A stretch of DNA of 64,000 bases, from the NCBI GenBank assembly GCA_965206745.1, contig OZ242220.1:1312001-1376000 (forward strand). Reading direction: 5' to 3'. Below are positions 59,572-64,000 of this stretch, one piece after another; within the stretch, counting starts at the first letter, position 1, and every line of letters starts with the position of its first letter. The notes beneath the pieces were generated by a model. The model did not search any database. It was not told the DNA's origin and worked only from the letters and a program-made list of their open reading frames with translations. A program made the translations under genes and the position numbers. Source of the DNA: Nitrosopumilus sp. (GTDB lineage: Archaea > Thermoproteota > Nitrososphaeria > Nitrososphaerales > Nitrosopumilaceae).

Positions 59572-59853
59572 CCAAATTTCAATCCAAAATAAAACTCCAT
59601 TTTACATTTCCTTTAGAGTTCAATGATCATACAAGTGCCCAATAAAGAATTTGTTCGAGTTAAGAATTATTTTATGGATCAATATGAGGGAGTTACAATT
59701 ACAGGACCTTCTCAGGGTTATTGGTCACATTCCAAATTGGAATATAGAGATGAGACAGTTGAGTATTTTGTACTTGTATCCGGACAAAAATTTCTCAAAC
59801 AAATTAAACCAGATTTAATAAAACAGATCAATAGAGGTTCGGGTCAAGATTAG
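59568..59853 (+). pseudogene. frameshifted small protein of the 'PL.FND..VP...F...GG.T...GYW...YRD' type
   Basis: MTKFQSKIKLHFTFPLEFNDH (from 59568) joins QVPNKEFVRVKNYF...QGYW...YRDE in the next frame at about 59631. Confidence 0.55.
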
Positions 59854-60359
59854 TTTAGGATTTTTAGACTTCTGCAAACAGAATACAGCGTTCGCTTTAG
59901 AGTCTTATCTGTCAGAGTATCCATCCTGTGTCTTAAAACTCGTTTTGCTTCATCCCTCTCAGAACCCTCCGGTAATGATAAGACAGTATTGATAAACTCA
60001 GGCAATGATTCGCGAATCCAACCATCTAGCATTGCATAGATTCTCGGAGGAATAATATCACATTTGTCAGTGTCAAGATCTAGCACTGCGGCATAATTTT
60101 CATGTTCGACCCTATACACCAAAGCCAGTACCACGTTATCAGGGGTGGGATGCTGGAGGATTTCTCTGGATCGTTCTCCAGTTTTTCCTTGGATAATCTT
60201 ATTTTTCAGGCCTATCGGATTTACAATCACCCCGTTAACGCCAACTTTGCGCCCATCAACACCAGTGATTATACCAAAAATAAAGTCATTGAACTCGCCA
60301 TTTTTTTTAATTGAGAAAATCGAAGTGCCTTCTTTTAAAACAGGTTTCCGTCCAAACAT
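59850..60359 (-). CDS. conserved hypothetical protein
   Basis: 169-aa clean ORF. Confidence 0.8.
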   Translation of the reverse strand: MFGRKPVLKEGTSIFSIKKNGEFNDFIFGIITGVDGRKVGVNGVIVNPIGLKNKIIQGKTGERSREILQHPTPDNVVLALVYRVEHENYAAVLDLDTDKCDIIPPRIYAMLDGWIRESLPEFINTVLSLPEGSERDEAKRVLRHRMDTLTDKTLKRTLYSVCRSLKILN

Positions 60360-60547
60360 GAATAGAGTACGTCAGGTATTGTATTTATTCTTGCCCAATA
60401 TGACTTTGATTCCAATAGAGCACTACAAAACAAAATTATCAGTAAAATTTTTCCCAAGACCATCTTACTGCAAGAATTCATGGCTAATCAGGACATGATA
60501 AATTTACTTTTCTTAAAATAAGACAATGCAAGGGAGAATTAGAAAAG

Positions 60548-61981
60548 ATGGAAAAAAAATACTATATCCTAATCCCGCTAGTTTTTGCAACGTTTGTTCA
60601 CCTCGTAAATCCAGTGGGGTTTCCGGACGTCTTTTTTGACGAGGGAATATACATGCGAAGGGCAGTGAACATGCTTGATACCGGAAATCCACAAGAGAGT
60701 TATCTCTATGACCACCCATATTTTGGCCAGATAGTTCTAGCGGGAGTATTACAACTTACAAACTATCCTCCAGATACAACTATTGAACCTGACTCGCTTC
60801 AAAACATCTATCTTATTCCAAGATTATTCATGGGAATAGTTGCAATAGTGAGCACCTTGCTAGTGTATCAGATTGCCAAAGTGAAATTCAGTAGCAATGT
60901 GGCGCTGTTATCGGCGATGCTATTTACAACAATGCCATACACATGGATATTTGACAGGATATTACTTGATTCAATTCTGCTGCCGTTTTTGCTTGCATCA
61001 ATTTTGCTTGCAATTTACTTTGCAAAATCCCAAGGCAGAATGTGGCTTGCCCCAGCATCAGGAATAATGCTAGGTCTTGCCATATTTACCAAAGTTCCAG
61101 CATTTGTTTTCATTCCCCTAGTCATCTGGCTGATCTTCCAAAAGGAGAAAAAACTCACACACATGATGATTTGGATAATTCCCGTACTGCTAATCCCGTT
61201 GCTGTGGCCTGCAAACAGCATACTTTTGGATCAGTTTGATCTGTGGATCAAAGACGTATTGTGGCAGAGCCAGAGAAGTAGCAGTATTTTTGAGATTATC
61301 GCGTATTTTCTACTCATTGATCCCTTACTGTTTGTGATAGGCATGGCAGGGATAATCCACGGTGCAATCACAAAGAACAAGTTTGTTCTGCTTTGGTTTG
61401 CCCCATTTGTTTTGTTTTTATCACTAATTGGATTCAAGCAGTATTTCCACTGGATTCCGGTAATTCCAATCATGTGTATTGCTGCAAGTATCTGGCTATT
61501 GGAGATGCCAAAAAAAATAAGATACTTGCGCTCAAAGACAGCTCATTATACGATCATAGGGATAATCCTGCTGTTTGGATTTTCAAGTACCGTGCTCATC
61601 ATAACAAACGACGTATCATACAATCAGTTTGAGGCACTCTCATTTGTTTTGGAGAACCATGATGCCCAAAGTACCATATTGGCAGGTCCGGTGTACTCGT
61701 GGATTCTGTATGACATATTTGAGATAGACGAGGTTCCATTGGATTATTCGTCAGTCCTGTTTTATCCAATCAATACGAAAGATGTTACAGTCATTGCAGA
61801 TCCGCATTTTAGGATAGATCAGAACCGAGGAGGGAACATCGTAAAAGCATACAATGACACAGAATCAGTGGAATATTTTGAGGGCAAGGCAGATGATTAT
61901 CAATCCTACCCACACACAGGCGTGAGATTCTATAATGAGGGGTTCTCAATTGACATTAGGAAGGGTCAATGGGAGAGGTAA
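60548..61981 (+). CDS. GT-C membrane glycosyltransferase (ArnT/PMT-like)
   Basis: FDEGIY, YDHPY, GLAIFTK; more than 10 TM helices. Confidence 0.9.
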   Translation: MEKKYYILIPLVFATFVHLVNPVGFPDVFFDEGIYMRRAVNMLDTGNPQESYLYDHPYFGQIVLAGVLQLTNYPPDTTIEPDSLQNIYLIPRLFMGIVAIVSTLLVYQIAKVKFSSNVALLSAMLFTTMPYTWIFDRILLDSILLPFLLASILLAIYFAKSQGRMWLAPASGIMLGLAIFTKVPAFVFIPLVIWLIFQKEKKLTHMMIWIIPVLLIPLLWPANSILLDQFDLWIKDVLWQSQRSSSIFEIIAYFLLIDPLLFVIGMAGIIHGAITKNKFVLLWFAPFVLFLSLIGFKQYFHWIPVIPIMCIAASIWLLEMPKKIRYLRSKTAHYTIIGIILLFGFSSTVLIITNDVSYNQFEALSFVLENHDAQSTILAGPVYSWILYDIFEIDEVPLDYSSVLFYPINTKDVTVIADPHFRIDQNRGGNIVKAYNDTESVEYFEGKADDYQSYPHTGVRFYNEGFSIDIRKGQWER

Positions 61982-62027
61982 TTAATTTCACCTTTAAACA
62001 TTTTAATTCAAAGTACCGAGATTTACT

Positions 62028-63170
62028 TTGTTGCATTCTGCAGAGATCTCAATAATTGTGCCCACATACAATGAGTCAAAGAACATTCGCGGAATACTAG
62101 AATATATTCAAAAATCAATTCCAGATAACCTAAAGGCAGAAACAATAGTGGTGGATGATAATTCACCAGATCATACGGCAAAAATAGCAGAAGACTATTT
62201 TCACTCAATCAGGGAAAAGACAACCCATACAATTAACGTCATCAAAAGAAAGGCAAAGGACGGGCTGTCATCTGCAATACTAAATGGAATCCAGCAGGCA
62301 ACTGGCAGCACCATTGTGGTTATGGATAGTGATTTTTCTCACCCGCCAAACATCATTCCAAAAATGATCGAGACGCTCAAACAGACTAGTTGCGACATTG
62401 TCATTGCCTCAAGATATGTCAAGGGAGGCTCCATTCAGGGCTGGCCATTTAAGAGGAAGATCATGAGCAAGATTGCAACAGGTATTGCAAAAAAAGGGCT
62501 TGGAATTTCATCAAAGGATCCGATGTCAGGATTTTTCATGTTTAAAAAAAATATCATTGCAGGACTAAAGTTTGACACGATAGGATACAAGATACTATTG
62601 GAGATTCTAGTGAAAACAAAGGGCGTCAAAATTCAAGAGGTGCCATACACGTTTACAGACAGGCAACAAGGAGAGAGCAAGCTTGGGGCATCCACTATTT
62701 TTGATTACTGCAAATCAGTCTGGAAACTATACAAGTATGGACGAAATGTGAAGGAGAGGCGGACATCAGTCAGATTCATCTCAAAGGCTGCAAGATTCTT
62801 TACAGTTGGCGCGTTGGGATTGGGAGTAAACTATCTGGCATCGATGCTGTTTGCCCTTAGCGCAGATATGTGGTATCTTCATGCAACCATGATGGGAATC
62901 ATATTTTCGATCACCAGCAACTTCATCCTCAACAAGTATTGGACTTTTGAGGACAGGGACTTTGGCATAACAAGAACACTTGTGCAGTATAGCAAGTTTG
63001 CAGGATTCAGCTCCATTGGCGCACTAGTCCAGCTTGGAATGGTGTTTTACCTGGTCGATGAAAGTGGCGTATCATATCCAATTTCACTTGTATTGGCAGT
63101 CGGAATTGCAGCGATTAGTAATTTCATACTAAATAAAAAATGGACATTCAAAGAAAAAGTCTGGAGTTGA
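62028..63170 (+). CDS. polyprenol-phosphate mannosyltransferase (GT2) fused to a GtrA domain
   Basis: IIVPTYNE, VDDNSPD, MDSDFSHPP, DPMSGFF; C-terminal NFILNK.WTF GtrA repeats. Confidence 0.92.
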   Translation: MLHSAEISIIVPTYNESKNIRGILEYIQKSIPDNLKAETIVVDDNSPDHTAKIAEDYFHSIREKTTHTINVIKRKAKDGLSSAILNGIQQATGSTIVVMDSDFSHPPNIIPKMIETLKQTSCDIVIASRYVKGGSIQGWPFKRKIMSKIATGIAKKGLGISSKDPMSGFFMFKKNIIAGLKFDTIGYKILLEILVKTKGVKIQEVPYTFTDRQQGESKLGASTIFDYCKSVWKLYKYGRNVKERRTSVRFISKAARFFTVGALGLGVNYLASMLFALSADMWYLHATMMGIIFSITSNFILNKYWTFEDRDFGITRTLVQYSKFAGFSSIGALVQLGMVFYLVDESGVSYPISLVLAVGIAAISNFILNKKWTFKEKVWS

Positions 63171-63253
63171 CACCACAATTATTGCCGGACCACAGAGTCA
63201 TCAATGCGCCACTAATCGACAATTCTTAATATCGGGGAATAGCAGGCTCAACG

Positions 63254-64000
63254 TTGGATAAAAGAGAGATCCTAAAAGAATTTTCAGCGGATCCTGAAAA
63301 ATACTATAGTGTAAAACTATTCCAAGAACAGGGATTTCTCAGAAAAGCATGTGCCAAGTGCGGCAGGTTCTTCTGGACACTAAACGCAGACAGGGATTTG
63401 TGCCCAGATGATGGAACCGACACGTATTCGTTTATCGGCAATCCCCCGACTAGCAAGAGGTTTGACTATACCCAGTCATGGAAGCAGGTCGAGAAGTTTT
63501 TTGTGAAAAATAACCACACTTCAGTTAGCAGGTATCCCGTAGTTTGCAGGTGGCGAGATGATCTGTTTTTTACAATTGCATCAGTTGTTGATTTTCAGAG
63601 AGTGATGGGCTCCAAGGTGGTCTTTGAGTTTCCTGCAAATCCGCTTGTGGTCCCGCAGACTTGCCTGCGCTTTAAGGATTTGGAGAACGTGGGGGTTACA
63701 GGGAGGCATTTTTCAAGCTTTTGCATGATTGGACAGCACAGTGTTCCGGATTTGGGAGGATACTGGAAGGATGAATGCGTGGATTTGGACTTTAGGTTGC
63801 TAACGGATCAGTTTGGAATCAAGAAAGAAGAAGTCGTCTTCGTAGAGGACGTATGGGCAGGCGGCGGCTCATTTGGCCCGTCACTGGAGTATTTTGTCAG
63901 AGGACTCGAGCTTGGCAACGCCGTGTTTACAGAGTTTCAGGGGGAGCTGGGCCAGCATACCACACTGGACCAGCGGGTTATCGACATGGGTGCAGGCCTT
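63254..64000 (+). CDS. alaS: alanine--tRNA ligase, 5' part (runs off the window)
   Basis: MDKREILKEF...CAKCGRFFWT, RYPVVCRWRDDL.FTIAS, VGVTGRH.SSF.M, GLELGN. Confidence 0.95.
   Translation, partial: MDKREILKEFSADPEKYYSVKLFQEQGFLRKACAKCGRFFWTLNADRDLCPDDGTDTYSFIGNPPTSKRFDYTQSWKQVEKFFVKNNHTSVSRYPVVCRWRDDLFFTIASVVDFQRVMGSKVVFEFPANPLVVPQTCLRFKDLENVGVTGRHFSSFCMIGQHSVPDLGGYWKDECVDLDFRLLTDQFGIKKEEVVFVEDVWAGGGSFGPSLEYFVRGLELGNAVFTEFQGELGQHTTLDQRVIDMGAGL

Overview
Archaeal genomic DNA whose gene content and order point to a Nitrosopumilaceae-type thaumarchaeote (Nitrososphaerota). It is mostly core genome: the exosome cluster (sbds-rrp4-rrp41-rrp42-rpl37ae-pcc1), rpoD-rpl18e-rpl13-rps9, two tandem aconitase-family LeuCD/HacAB pairs, cofE, 2-oxoacid:ferredoxin oxidoreductase, a split spc-type ribosomal cluster with secY-adk-cmk-cbf5, argF, ftsY, sod, pckA, secE-spt5-rpl11, rpl1-rpl10, rpl12, glycosyltransferases, the start of alaS and three tRNAs (Glu-CTC, Gly-GCC, intron-containing Ser-GGA). 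I see no CRISPR array, transposase, integrase or att duplication. The most interesting signals lie below the ORF-track length cut-off or in intergenic DNA. They are a 47-aa metallothionein-like peptide with four CxC motifs convergent with a 55-aa Cys/His microprotein, a perfect 25-bp palindrome directly before a 35-aa C2H2-like microprotein, and a probable CUG start with a GGAGG Shine-Dalgarno for pckA. Also notable are a catalytically degenerate stand-alone PLD-like domain beside tRNA-Glu and several small accessory or decaying inserts (about 8.1-9.5, 27.8-28.0, 37.7-38.8 and 59.0-59.9 kb). All family assignments come from motif recognition, not database searches, so novelty is unverified.
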